From the human T2T-CHM13v2.0 reference genome, Homo sapiens, in the NCBI RefSeq assembly GCF_009914755.1, contig NC_060931.1: a stretch of DNA of 64,000 bases; one strand, written 5' to 3'. Positions within the stretch are counted from its first letter, which is position 1. Every line of letters begins with the position of its first letter. Positions 28,696 through 44,537 of this stretch are shown here, piece by piece. A program made the translations under genes and the position numbers. Below the pieces are notes generated by a model that saw only the letters and a list, made by a program, of their open reading frames with translations, was not told where the DNA came from and did not search any database.

Positions 28696-28803
28696 GGCTG
28701 GGTGTGGTGGTGTACACCTGTAATCCCAGCACTTTGGGAGGCCGAGGCAAGAGGATTGCTTGAGTTTGAAACCAGCCTGAGCAACTTAGCAAGACCCTAT
28801 TTC
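28696..28803 (+). mobile_element. FLAM/Alu left monomer
   Basis: Monomer followed by a purine tract in place of the A tail; degenerate TSD aaaaggtggggaac / agaagtggggacc. Confidence 0.85.
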
Positions 28804-29002
28804 AAAGAAGGAAGGAAGGAAGGAAAGAAAGGAAAGGAAGGAAAGGAAGGAAGGAGAGGGGAAGGGAGGGGAGAGAGAAGGAAAGAAGAAAAGAAGAAGA
28901 AGGAGGAAGAGGAAGGAAGGAAAGAAGGAAAGAAGGAAAGAAAAGAAGAAGGAGGAAGAGGAAGGAAGGAAAGAAGGAAAGAAGGAAAGAAGAAGAAAGA
29001 AG
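28804..29002 (+). repeat. 199-bp pure polypurine (GAA/GGAA/GAAA) tract
   Basis: No pyrimidine occurs from 28804 to 29002. Confidence 0.95.
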
Positions 29003-29065
29003 TGGGGACCAAAAACAGCCCAATCCCCTAATTACTGGCCTGATAGTTGGCCAGCATGCATTTAA

Positions 29066-29154
<89 letters not shown>
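29066..29154 (+). repeat. Compound microsatellite (GA)n(GT)23
   Basis: Read directly from the sequence. Confidence 0.97.
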
Positions 29155-29155
<1 letters not shown>

Positions 29156-29943
29156 CATTCTCACAGGCTTGGATACACATAAAGAGATATATAAAACATG
29201 AAAGATTACAGTATTTGAGGGGAAGCTAGTGAATGGAAAGGAAAGGTAGGAAAATCAGACATGATTGGCCCCTGGAAGTCCATCCCACATGGCCTGAGCA
29301 GGTTGCGGGAAGAAGAGCACAGGAAAATGGAAGTACAGAAGGGAACAGGCCCAGCTAGAGTCCCCTCTGCTACCAGGTGAGGTCGTGGAGGATGGGGATG
29401 CTGTCCCCACAGTAGATGCAGAAAACTAGTTTGATCTTGTTGTTTCTCATGCTTCCTCCAGTGAAAGCCAAGAAATAATCAAAGAACAATTCAGGAAGAA
29501 CAATTGGGAAGAAGGGCGGTAAAAATGACTTTTTCCTGAAGGAACAAATACCTTCAGATGATGTTTGCAGCATTTTCTGATTTTATTGAGCAGATGGCTC
29601 CTTCTTGGGTGAAAGCATGTTGAAAAACTTAAGGGGGAAGGGAAAGGCTCAAGTTCCAAGGAGAAGTCCCCAATTCACTTGGGTTAGGGAGGTGAATGGT
29701 ACCAGTCAGAGAGCCCTCCTTGCTTTGAAGACATCTGGACTTGTATCATCATAACCACGTGGATTAAGAATAACCAAAAAGAACCTCATGGAAGTTCCAT
29801 AGCTTCATCTCTTGCCAATTGGATGTGACACTGGGGAGGAAGTTTGGGATGAAAGAAAGAGGTACCTGTAGAAGCCCTGAGCTCCAGTGGCAAATGGCAC
29901 TTTGCTCTTTCTATTCATTTGGCCCCGTTGTCCTCATCTCTAG

Positions 29944-30422
<479 letters not shown>

Positions 30423-31359
30423 AACTACGCTGAATTTGTAAATTATCAAGGTAGTAATTTTTCTCAGTTTGAGGGAAGAGTTTCATCCTTCAGTTTAAAA
30501 TAACCTAATATGTAATTTCTTTTCAACATTTTATACAACCTTATCTTTTGGAGCTCTGTTCCGTATCATCTTTTAATAAACTTGCATTTTGAATGAATGT
30601 TACAGCTTTGAAAGTATTTAAGAGCCAGCTCTATGGTATGTGTTTTGCTTATTATCTGTGTATCTTTTTACTTTTAGCTTTAGAAGATGGAGAGCAAAAC
30701 TGTTTTGTATACTCAGCTCCAGAAAAGTTATAATATTCTTTGTACTTCTTTAAGAAGGATGAGCCTGGATTGATCTGGAATTAAAGTGCTAACTGTTAAA
30801 GAATGTAATCAGATTATTTAATAATAATAACAGGGACACTGCAGGACTGCATATACCAGCCTGGCACCATAAAATCTGAACTCAGCAATTCCACCGTAAC
30901 AGGAACATTTTCAGGTTGTGGGTCAATCATTTAGATCCTGTTTTTTTAAGTGGCTAGAATACCAGTGTGATTTTGAGGAATGAAAGCTTTATATTCTGAT
31001 CAGTTCTAAAAAAGGTAAGAATCATGTATGAGGTCATGTCCATTTCAATTCAGATAAATATAATAACTGTCATTTATGGTGTACCTATTATATACTAGAA
31101 GCAATATATTGTAATAAATGCCATTTCAATGATTTTCTAAATAGCTGCAGTCATTATCCTGATTTTACAGATGAGAAAATCCAATCTCTGATCAAATGCC
31201 TTTTTATGGGACAGGTCCTCTGTGTCCCCCCCACAGCACACTGGCCACACATGTACCTGTGCTCCCTGTCACTCATACTCCCTTACCTGGCTTTATTTTT
31301 AATACATTTATCATCACTAGACACATTATATAGTGGCATTTATTTTATATTGTATTCAG

Positions 31360-31812
31360 GATCGTTAACCCTTGAACAACATGGGGGTTAGGGGAGCCAA
31401 CCCGCCCTCCCCTGCAAAATTGAAAATTCACATAGAACTTTTGACTCCTCCAAAACATAAGTACTACCAGCCTACTGTTGACCAGAAGCCTTACTGATAA
31501 CCTGATAGTCAATTAACAAGTATTTTGTATGTCATATGTACTGTATGTTGTATTCTTACAAATAAAGTAAACTAAGGAAAAGAAAATGGTATTAAGAGAA
31601 TCATAAGGAAGAGAACATATGTTTACTAGTCATTAAGTGTAGTGGATTATCATAAAGGTCTTCATCTTTATCATCTCCATGTTTTGAGTAGGCTGAGGAG
31701 GACAAGGAAGAGGAGGGGTTGGTCTTGTTATCTCAGGGTGGCAGAGGCAGAAGAAAATCCACCTGTAAGTAGACCCGCACAATTCAAACCTGTATTGTTC
31801 AAGGGTGAACTG
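31360..31812 (-). mobile_element. Tigger2a/MER28 relic
   Basis: TIR-like gttaacccttgaacaac ... attgttcaagggtgaactg followed by TA. Confidence 0.8.
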
Positions 31813-31883
31813 TATATATAACAGAAATATTGCACATTATATAATTATGTGATAATTATATAATGTTTGTTGCAGATCCTTCC

Positions 31884-32649
<766 letters not shown>

Positions 32650-34069
32650 TCACACCAGACTGGTGACTTGAAATGGGCCTTGGTGGGAGTATGTAAGACA
32701 CCACAGAAATTGGCAAATGAGGCAACTCCTCTGCATCCCCCACCCCTAGAGCCAGTGGTTAAACATTGACCTGCAGGCCACCACTCCCCACCCCTCATTA
32801 GAACGTAAGCTTCGTCAGAGTCAAGATTCTGTTTTGTTCCTTGCCCTATCTCTGGTGTTGAGAACTATGCCAGGCACATAGTAGATGCGTAGTAAATATT
32901 TGTTGAATAAATAAAAAGCAGTGCATGCTTTTAAATTATACAAGCTTGGCCTCATCCCTGTGTGGACCCTGAATAAGCCACTTCATTGCTCTGAAGCTGT
33001 AAAATAGAAATCGAAATCCCTGCCTCTTCAGTTAAGGCTTAAGGTATCCCAAAGCCAAGGGTCAGGGGGAGAAGGATGAAAAGTTAATATTGTAGTGTAC
33101 AAATCATACAGTCAGTCCTTGAATACTTAGTTTAGCTTTAGAATCTGCAGTTTGTTACAACTGTGTCTGCAAGGAGAAACTTGCAGATGTAAGTAAAATA
33201 ATATAATCAAGGCTTAGCAGGGTACCAACATCTGGAAAACACTTTCAACTGAATCCTCTTTCTCCTCTTCATTGGTTCTTTCTACATTTCAGTCTGTTCC
33301 CCTGCCTTTTCTTCCAAATTTTCCAGGAATAAAATTGCCTAGTCTACTTTAGTTTTATCTCCTGCAGTTAAGCCAAGTCATTAACTTTCTAATGGACTTT
33401 CCTGTGGAGCCTCAGATCTTAAATTAGGTTAAATGTTTCAGCTTTTTAAAAAGTGGCATTAAATAGGCAATTTGCTGTTGGGAAAAAAAGCTTGTATATG
33501 GAAGTGTTTCCTAGTCTTTGGTCAGCAGCCAGCCTGACTTTTACTGTTCATCATCACCCCTGTTCAGTGGGATCTCAGTGGAGTGAAAGGTTTCAAGTTG
33601 ACTGGAAGCAGAGCTCTTTCTCTGTGCCTTCCCAAGGTGGGTATGAGAAGGAGAGATCGATCCTTTACACAGGTGGATAGAAAACGGGCCGACAGTCAGT
33701 CCACTCATAATAGCTGGACAAATGTTTCCTTGTTTAAGGATGCATAAAGACTAAAAAAAGGCTGTGGAAAAGTCCTGCAGAACAAGGTAAAAGCAAGAGC
33801 TTCTGTAGACTGAGATGGAGTTTCTATTTTGAAAAACCATCTACAGCAGACTCCAGAAGATAGTTTTGGGAAAATATGTGGCATCCTCAGTATACAGCAA
33901 AAGGACATGGTCTCCCAGGGCCAGGAACAGTAAAACGTGAAGAAAGGATATTTGACATGGAAAAGCAACAGAAAGGGAAAAGCAAGGAGATGGATTCCAT
34001 AAGGAAAGGTTTTAAGGATCCAATAGCAGAACTAAAATCCAAATTAGCAAGAGTATAGAAAAGTATTCA

Positions 34070-34541
34070 TGTATAGTAAACTGAATAATGGCCTCCAAAA
34101 GTTTTCCATATCCTAATCCTTGGCACTTGTGAATGTTACCTCACATGGAAAAAAAAAAAGTTTTGCAGATTTGATTAAATTAAGGATCTTGAGGGGTATG
34201 GGGGTTATACTGGGTCATCTATGTGGGCCCTAATTGCAATCACAAGTGTCCTTGTAAGAGACAGGAAGAAGGAGATGTGATGATAGGAGAGAAAGCGACA
34301 TGACCATGGCGACAGACTGGAGTGATGAGGCCAAAAACAAGGAATGCAGGCAGCCACCAGAGACAAAAAAAAAATAGGCTCTCCTCTCGAGCCTCCAGAG
34401 GGAGTGCGGCCATTCCGATAGCTTGATTTCAGCCCAGTGAGCCTGAGACTTCTGGCCTCCAGAACTGAGGGAATGACTTTCTGTTGTGTTAAGTCACCAA
34501 GTTTGTGATAATTTGTTAGAACAGCCACAGAAAACAACACA
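34070..34541 (+). mobile_element. MLT1C/D MaLR LTR within ancient L1M remnants (~33800-36630)
   Basis: ctgaataatggcctccaaaa...gaatgttacctcacatgg...aagtcaccaagtttgtgataatttgttagaacagccacagaaaac. Confidence 0.8.
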
Positions 34542-36950
34542 AATGCCATGGAAAATCAAATCAGTGATATGAGTCAGGGTGAAACAAGTCGAGAAAGATT
34601 CTGGAAAATATGAGAAAAGAAGAACAAGAGACAGGGTTATACATGTGGAAGATGGAACTGACCACCCACATTCAGATTTTTGGCGTTGGTGATTATTGAA
34701 ATCAGTGATCCGTCATCCAAACTGTGATGGAAGGAAACCCCGTGCTCACGAGGGACTGTGCGTGAATATCAAAGGCCTCACTCAACCACATTCTGAACAA
34801 ACTCAGAAAGAGACGGCCACATCTGAGCATACCCTGGGAATAATAAAGAATAACAACGATAAGAGGGGGACAAGCATTTCATCCAAACAGAGAAAAAAGT
34901 AACAAAAATTAAGTCGACTTTAGACTTGTTCTGTATAACAAAGAGACTGTGTTTACAGAACCTGTCAGAAGATTAAAACATCTGGGAATTAAAAAAAAAT
35001 TTGGCTCTATTCCCAGGCCCCATAACACCAACCTACGTGTGGAGCCTGAGAATCTGAAGCATTAAAAGTTCTTCGATTATCAAGTAAGTTTGTGAACCCT
35101 CTACAAAATTTGGGGGTTATGTAGCAACCCAAACAATTTTATGCTCAGCTGAGTTGCCTTTTGTCTGTGAAGCCAATCAGAAAGACATTCTCAGATGTGC
35201 AGGGGCTTAGGGAAGTATACAAACATGCTCCTTTCTTTAAAATTCACTTTAAAGACATGTCTTGGATGCTCAAGAGTTAAAACAGAGCTCAAGAGTAGCT
35301 AACATAAGCACCAGATTCCATAAAACTAGAGAGCAGTTTAAATTATTGTTATAAGTCTGATTAGCAAACAAATGCAAATGTCAAAAATTGTTCTTACAAT
35401 AAACTATGTAATGGAAAGACAACCAAATGCCTGTATTCTGGATCTAAGCCTTAGAGTATTGCTAATGAAGATCAAAGAGGGAAGGGGAGATAAGGGTTGT
35501 AATGCTGCTTGTCCGAAATGGGATGGTATCAAGAAAAAGTTGTTTCAGTCTTTATTCTAATCCTCAAGAAGTGTTAGTGGCTAAAGAAAGGCTCTGAATG
35601 ATGAGTACTAATAGCCGCCATTCCGAGAGGCTTATGAGGGAAGCAGCGTGCTAAGTACTTTACCTTAGTCACCTCTGCTCCCGGCCACAGAAGCGGGCGT
35701 CAGTCTCTTTCTCTTCCCACCTGCTGCTGAGTTCTTCAGGTTCCTTAAGACCCTGCAGCCAGTAGGCAGTGCAGCTTGAACTGACTCTTGTTTCCTACAT
35801 TAATATGAAAAACTTAAAGTGAACACTGATAGATCCAAAAACATGTTCAGGAACTACTCAAATGCTTGGGAAATGGAAACGTGAACTCAGCACAAAGTAG
35901 ACCCAAAAGAGTCTCAATACACTTTACTAATCAGGAAATAAATACACAGGGTGCTTCCCCTAAATAGAGTGCACTAGAACTATAGAAAATAAAATTTAAA
36001 ACCAAACTACTTAGAGATAGAAAAACACAATTCAAATAACCATTGAATCCAACAAGAGGTCAACACTACAACTGTAGACTACATAGATAGTAACAAGAAG
36101 ACTGCATAATGAAATTTGAAACAAGGATAAATACATACTTAGAGAAAAAAGTATGGCTTTATATATATAATAAATCATTTAAACAAAAGAAGGTGACAGA
36201 GAAACCAAAGAAAACAGTGGAAAATTGGAGAAAGGAATTAAGATAAATGTGAACCTTAATTAGAAAAAGAATGGTACAATTGATAAATCCTAGTGCTAAT
36301 TTTTCAGGAAACCAACAAAGTAGACTGATTTCTCACAGATCTAATTTTCAAAATGAGAAAAAATATCTACCCATCTTAAAGAAGGGAGGGGGGGTGGCCA
36401 GAAACAGATGCAGAGGTGATTATTAAGTTTAAAGTGATTACTTGTATAATTTTGTGCTCAAAATTTGAAAATCTGAATGGATTGGATAATTTTCTTAAAA
36501 AATAGAATATACTGTAATTGATTCAAGCAGTTGAAAACCTGAATGGAATAAAAAACTTGGGCACTGTCATCAAAGAAGTTTCCTGCCCAGATTGTTTTGC
36601 AGACTAATTCTTTCAAACCCGCTAAGAACAGTTACTGCCCAAGCTAAATTCCACAGAGATTGTTCTGTGCTGACATCCTAATCCCGCACTTGGCTTTGGC
36701 AAGGAAGGGTGTCTTGGCAGTGACAGGATGCAACGCTGTCAAGGACATATTTAGGAAAAGCAGCTCCTTCTCCAGAGCTCATCCCTCCTCCTGGGCGTGT
36801 CCACTGATGTGCAGATGCTGACGGCCCCTGTGTTTCCTCAGCTCTGAGCCAATAGAGGAGGAAAGTAAGCATGGGGGAAAACAGGCCTGCATGTAACACC
36901 CATGATGTCTTCTAAAATTTGGTGATAAAAACAAGAGACAAGAAATTTTT

Positions 36951-37400
36951 GGCCAGGCGCAGTGGCTCACACCTGTAATCCCAGCACTTTGGGTTTTTTT
37001 GGTTTTTGTTTTTTGTTTCGAGACGGGAGTTTTGCTCTTGTTGCCCAGGCTGGAGTGCAGATGCAGTCTTGGCTCACTGCAAGCTTCGCCTCCCAGGTTC
37101 AAGTGATTCTCCTGCCTCAGGCTCCCAAGTAGCTGCGATTACAGGCACATGCCACCATGCCCAACTAATTTTTGTATTTTTAGTAGAGAAGGGGTTTCAC
37201 CATGTTGGTCAGGCTGGTCTCAAACTCCTGACCTCAGGTAATCCGCACACCTCAGCCTCCCAAAGTGATGAGATTACAGGCATGAGCCACCACACCCGGC
37301 CTAATCCCAGCACTTTGGGAGGCTGAGATGGGAGGATCGCTTGAGCCCAGGAGTTGGAGACCACCCTGGGCAACACAGTGAGACCCCCATCTCTATTAAA
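36951..37400 (+). mobile_element. FLAM monomer split by an antisense AluS (pieces 36951-36993 and 37302-37400)
   Basis: taatcccagcactttggg is duplicated at 36976-36993 and 37302-37319. Confidence 0.88.
36994..37301 (-). mobile_element. AluS inserted into the FLAM
   Basis: Antisense dimer with a T-rich tail, bounded by the 18-bp duplication. Confidence 0.93.
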
Positions 37401-37560
37401 GAAGGGTGGGGGGATTCCTTCATTAATTTCCTCAGAAGTTAACCTGGAACTTTGCTTGAAAGGGAAAAGAGGCGTGTTCAGACATCTGGATTGATGCCAT
37501 TTGTGAATCTGACTTTCATGAAATTCCTTAAGTAACTCCACCCCACATAAAACAAATACA

Positions 37561-37861
<301 letters not shown>

Positions 37862-39149
37862 CTGCTGTGGAAAATCAAATCAGTGACGTGAATGAAGGAA
37901 AAAGTTATTCTGCAGACACAGCTGGGGCCAGGCCTGCCAGGATTTTACACAGTTGTGTTTGATTAAGTCCTCCTCAACCACCTACAATAATGGATAGGAT
38001 TGTGATAGATAGGAGGATATTCGTGTTTATTGATGGGAGAATTTGAAACATAATCAAGATAGGGGCTAGTTTTTGTCATGTGAGGAGAAGTGTGCCAGGC
38101 ATTAGGGAGGTTCCTTGGGTTACCTCTGGGACTCAGAAATGAAAGGGGACTATTCCTAGTTTTATTACTAGGGCTGTTATTAAGGATGAAAATTGATTAA
38201 TAGGTTTGTCACAGAGACATGTGAGTAGAGAGTGGCCATTGCCCCTGGCCTCCGGGCCCTGGCTGTGATTACACCTTTGCTCCATGTTCTCCTCTTGGGC
38301 CTCCTCTCTCCCTTAGAGAGAAAGGCTGCCTGGAGAGCCCCTTTCCCCAGGTTTACACTGCTGAACCCCTCTTCTAAAGGCACGTGCGGAAACCCCTTCC
38401 CTGTCACTTGCTGTACAGTCTGGGAGACAGTGTGGGCTGATACATCAGGTACAGGGCCTGTGTCGCCAGCATTGCTGGAGGTGCTGGGGTTTGGTGTGGG
38501 CTCTTCAATTTAGGGTCTTCACATTCTTCTCTTTTTCTTGCAGAGGAGGGTGTGGAAGTATTATATTATAAAACAAAACTAGTCCAGGCATCATTAACAA
38601 CTTTCATGATCTTTAGTTTTCTTCCAAATCCTGCAAATGGTGATTATACTCTGAGAGAAAAACTGGGTCCCGTGACTATATCATTTGGGGAGGGAGGGAA
38701 GGCATGGAGGAAAGAGAGAGAAAGAGAATGTGAATGCACAGCTTTGAGAGGGACTGTTTGTGCTTTAATAATTGCCTTCACTTGGATAAGGCTAAATACC
38801 TGCTGGCTTTGCGTTTTCTCCTTGGAAAATCATGCTGTGAGAAGCCACCCAACATGTTGTACCTAGATTTTAATGTCGTCATTTCTCCTCCTTCACTTCT
38901 ATCCACTTCTCACCCACTGAAACCTGGCATCATCTCCACCACCCCCTGCAGCCGCTCTCTCCAATGCCACCAGCCTTTGCTTACCTGGTATTCTGTAAAT
39001 TCTGAACAACTGGCTACCTGCCCTCTTGCAGCACCCCCTATGGCTGCTGGCCGTGTTCTCCGGGTTTCCCTTCTACCTTCCTGGCAGTCCCTTTGCCGCT
39101 TCCATAACAGCCTCCCATTCCTGTTTCCAGCTGCTAATTGTTGATGGCC

Positions 39150-40160
39150 CTTGGGCACCTACCCTGGACTGTCTTCTCTGTCCTCACAGCCTCCTGGATG
39201 GTCTCTCCCCTTCATCACCATCCTCCCGCTCCTGATGTCCAAATCTATAGCCCAGGACTTGCTGGGCTCCTCAAACTCCACTCAAAGGTCCCAAAGCCCT
39301 GAACCCCAGTGTATCCAAGACCAGACTCGCATCTTCAGCCCTGCTTGGCTCCCTAAGTAGATGATCCCTTCAGCCCCCAGTTTCACAAGGTGGAAACTGG
39401 AGTAATGTTTCTTTCTTGTTCCCCTCATCTGTTCATTCATCAGGCCCTACCAGCTGCTCACCTGTGTAGAATTAGCCCAGTGCCATTTGCCTGCACAGGC
39501 CACCTTCATCTCTTACCTGGACCCGTCCTGGGTCTCTCTACCTCCAGCATTGCCACCCCCACCCCATCCCCATCCATTCTCAACACCATGGCCATATTTT
39601 TATTAGTTACTTTCTGTGCCCCCGGGCCTCTGCCACATCACTGCCCTAAATTATTTGTGACTACTCCTTGCCAGACTCCTTGATGTGGCTTGACAGACCC
39701 TCTGAGCAGGGCCAGCCCCACCTGTTTCTGCAGAATAATCCTTGAGTTCCTACCTCCTACCTTCAGTCCTGCCTCCCCATGTCCATGGTCAGCATGCAGT
39801 CCCTGAGCAGGCCATGCTCACTCTGTCCCCTTGTTCCTTTGCTCTTGCCGTTCCTGCCACCCTACCTGGAATGCTCCTGTCCTCCCCTCTGCTGTGTAGG
39901 CCTGAAGGTGTGAGCTGATGGGCTACTCCTCAGGAAGCCTCCCAGCTTTGTGCAGTGCCCTTCCAGCAGGCACATGGCGCCATGTGTTTGCCTCCTGAGA
40001 GTGCCCATCACGCGGCTGATGCACTTACCTGGTTCCTCCATTAGACTCAGATGTCTAGGGGCAGAGGCTGCTTTTGCTCATCAGTGTGTCCCTAGCACCC
40101 AGGAGTGCCTCGTGCATACTGCATAACCTTAGATATTTTATCCATACAGTGAATGAATGG
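39150..40160 (+). mobile_element. L2 3' region remnants
   Basis: cctggaatgctcc, tcctcaggaagcctccc, tccctagcacccagg...gtgaatgaatg tail; highly diverged. Confidence 0.55.
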
Positions 40161-41447
40161 ATCCATCATATAGCATTCATTGTCTGTTACATATTGCTGT
40201 GTCTCATGGACTATACTATGTCATTTAATAAACGCAGTGGGAACTCAAAGTGCCAGAATCCTCAGAGAAAGGGAGCCAGGGTGAATCCTGACTCTAGCAT
40301 CCTTTAGGTTGTAATCTATTCTGGAAGCATAAGTGTCTCTATAGTTGAGGGTTTATCCTTTAAGTGCTTTTGAAGCATCCATAGAGTTATCCCATATCTG
40401 TCTTTTTGGGGGCCATCGAGGCTTATGTGGTCCGTGTCCCATGCCGTCCTGGACTGCAGGGGTGCCCTCTGGCTTCTGTCACCTCAGTGCTGCTGCTTGT
40501 CTTCTGTGCTGTCAGTGTCTGCCTGGCACTTTCCCCATCACCCTCTCTAATCCCATTGTAGATCTTAACTGCACGCATTCTAGGTCTTTCTAAGTGTTGC
40601 TCATCCTGACTTCAGAACTTGCCCTTCAAGCTGTCATTTATCTAAATAAATCATTGCTATCAGCTGCTTTTGTGTGATTTGCCACTCTTCTCAAAGTAGG
40701 GTACAGAAAAAGAAATTATAGTTCATTGCAGCTTTCATCTGCTTGGGGCTGTGCTGTTCTCAGAGGATGAGGACCAAGCTCCAGGCCGCTAACAGACACA
40801 ACCTCTTAGGCCCGGATCTACTGGTCCATGTTGGAACCCAGGAGAGTCTCAGGAAGACACCTCTCTCTTCCTCGGGCATACGCTGAAGCAGCTTCCTAAC
40901 CCCTGCGGGCCCTTGTGGAGGGCAGGAACTGTGTGTTCATCTTGTCCCCCAGACACACGGCAGTTTCTGAAATATAGGAGGTATTCAGTATAAGTTTGCA
41001 GAATCAGCAGAAGAAAGGCGGGGAGGAAGAGGCAGAATTGAAAATATGAGATACCAGATTCCCTTCCAGGGCAAAAAGTTAGATGGTGTCAAGTGGAGGA
41101 TTTAGTACGTGGGCTTATTGCTGCTTCATATGTCTGAAATTTCCTCCCAGGGAGTATCTGATATGCTAGAAGAATCTGATATCATAAATACTGAAATAAA
41201 TACCATAAACTGGAAGGGTTTCCAATAAGGTTAGAAATAAAATCAGGACAGTTATATAACAGGAAGCACCTCAGAATACCCTTAAGGACTGCAACTCTCA
41301 GGAGGACAAAACAGCTTTCTGAAGAAATCCAAAGTTATGAACAGCTCTAGCAGTAGCTTCTTAATATTAATATGCACTGCCCTCATTTTGAAACACTTAA
41401 CTGTGTAGATCTGAGTGTCTTATCATCTTCTCTCCCTCTGCCCCTAA

Positions 41448-41797
<350 letters not shown>

Positions 41798-43171
41798 TTG
41801 CTGGGTTTTAGTAGTATAAGAATGTCTCTGGTTTGTTTGTTTTTGCCCCTCCCCCTACTCCTAATGCATAATACTATTTGGTATTGGTTTTAGAGCAGAA
41901 AATAAATGGGTTTTTATCTCATATGCCGATTTCAGTAGATTGGTTGTGGCTCACTGGAGTGTTGAGAAGAATTTGGAAGCTGAATCTAAGTTCAGTGGGG
42001 GAGAGTTCTGTGGAGGCTGGGGGGTTGGAGGGTAGCACTGTGCATGCCAGGCCTGTGCCAGGTGTGTTCTAGAGGACAGTAACTCATGAGAGCAGGACAT
42101 GGCATCCTTCAGGTTTTGACTTAAATCAGAGTCAGTTGAAGTTATTTTAATGTCATTTTCATTTTAGAGCCTGAAATTGTTGGTTTTCAAATCTTGTTCT
42201 GCTGTGGCTTGAATGTAATATCTTAGTGAATAGTAGGGAGAAAAATAGAGCTGAATATTTTAACAGTGTTGAGATCTTTTCTTTAAGCTGTTGCCATTTG
42301 ATACCTGATACTAAATTGGACTTCATGACCATAAAAGGGGCAGGAATGGGAGACTATCTGAAAAGTCCCTCCAGTGTAAATATTTATCATGGTTATTTCA
42401 GAGGCAGATTAGGCTTCTGAAATTTGAGCTACAACTGGATAGTCCTAACTTAGCATATAAGTTGCTGTCCAGATTGGTAACCTGGAATCTAGATTTGCAC
42501 AGTGGGAATCAGAATGTGCTGAGGAGTGGCCAATGGCCTTGACCTGCCACCAGGCATATTTCATGAATGACAGTCAGTTACATAATTCACGTAGTACCTT
42601 TCAACAAGGGAGGATCCACCCAGTCATCTTGTTTGAGGCATTCTTTTCAGAAGGAGAAACTGAGGCATGGCCTTTGCTATTACCCATTCAGGCTGGAATG
42701 TATGAGCTATGATAGCAACTTGGCCTGAAGGCCTCCAGGCCTGGTCAGCAAATAAATTCCTTGAGCGCTTTCCATGTGCCAGTTGTAGACACCACAAATG
42801 TAATTATGAGCAAGAATGTCTCAGCCCCCAGCCTCAAGGAGCTTCCACGCTTGTTGGGAGGAGACAGACAAAAGCACCCCGATATACTCATGCTTCAAGG
42901 TAGCACAAAGACCACTGAAGAAAATAACATATTGTGATCTGGGATGCTGGTTTAACTCGGGTGTCCAGGGAAGTTTGCTTGGAGGAGATGGCACTCCCAG
43001 TTAGACTGGAATGAGGGGATGAGACAGATGGTGTTGGAAAGATCCTGGGGAAGACCCCTCCAAGCCAGAGAAACAACAAACGCAAACCTGCCTAAGAGAT
43101 GGAACAAAAGCCAACGGGGTTGGAGCAGAGAGAACGCCCACACTCCTGTCCATGAGCCTGGATGTTTGCTA

Positions 43172-43514
<343 letters not shown>

Positions 43515-43685
43515 TGATTTGTTGTTGGTGTTGGTGGTTTCTTATAAGCCTTGAAAACTTTCATTGCACTTCTTGAAGCTGCTTTTAAATTAGCCATTGT
43601 ATTTGGTGAGACAGTGTTTGCTTAGTTGTACAAAGGGTATGAAGAATTCTATAAATTAAGGTGAACTTAAAAATTGCCTAATTCT

Positions 43686-43983
43686 GACCAGATGTGGTGG
43701 CTCACACCTGTAATTCTAGTACTGTGGGAAGCTGAGGGAGGCGAATCGCTTGAGCTCAGGAGTTTGAGACCAGCCTGGGCACCATGATGAAATCCCATCT
43801 CTACTAAAAATACAAAAATTAGCCTGGTGTGGTGGCGTGCGCCTGCAGTCCGAGCTGCTTGGAAGGCTGAGGCAGGAGAATCACTTGAACCCTGGAGGTC
43901 AAAGCTGCAGTGAGCCAAGATGGTGCCAGTGTACTCCAGCCTGGGTGACAAAGTGAGACCCTGTCTCAAAAAAAAAAAAAAAG
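43686..43983 (+). mobile_element. Alu (J/S)
   Basis: Full dimer; TSD aaattgcctaat / aaattgtctaat. Confidence 0.93.
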
Positions 43984-44188
43984 ATAAATTGTCTAATCCC
44001 TTTGGAGGGAGGCATGTGCTTCAGAGTGGGCCTATTTCTATTCCGTAGAACCTGTGCGGGTTGCTGGAGGTGGAGAGGAAATGACCAGTGAGCATTCTGG
44101 GTGGGCAGGGAGTGTCGTCACACCATCCATAGCTGACCCACTCCCTAAACAGCCCCTTGGAGCTCTCATGCTTTTACTGTGTGCTGAG

Positions 44189-44537
44189 TCCAGCCCAGGC
44201 CTCCCCCACAGCCTCCAGCCCAGGCCTCCCCCATGGCCTCCAGCCCAGGCCTCCCCCATAGCCTCCAGCCCAGGCCTCCCCCACAGCCTCCAGCTCAGGT
44301 TTCCCCCACAGCCTCCAGCCCAGGCCTCCCCTACAGCCTCCAGCACAGGTTTCCCCCACAGCCTCAAGCCCAGGCCTTCCCCATAGCCTCCAGCCCAGGC
44401 CTTCCCCACAGCCTCCAGCCCAGGCCTCCCCTACAGCCTCCAGCCCAGGCCTCCCCTACAGCCTCCAGCACAGGTTTCCCCCACAGCCTCCAGCCCAGGC
44501 CTTCCCCACAGCCTCCAGCCCAGGCCTCCCCCACAGC
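44189..44537. repeat. GC-rich minisatellite, 25-bp unit (ccagcccaggcctcccccacagcct), ~14 copies
   Basis: Tandem units read directly, with variants cagc[a/t]caggttt, ccttcccc and cccctaca. Confidence 0.95.

Noticed and set aside
28702-29229. Lys/Glu-rich and Phe/Ser-rich ORFs
   Set aside because: Translations of low-complexity purine and dinucleotide repeats.
30680-31020. Acceptor-like site at ~30683 and strong donor AAG|GTAAGA at 31015
   Set aside because: All three frames have stops within ~35 nt upstream of the donor. A non-coding exon cannot be excluded but is unsupported.
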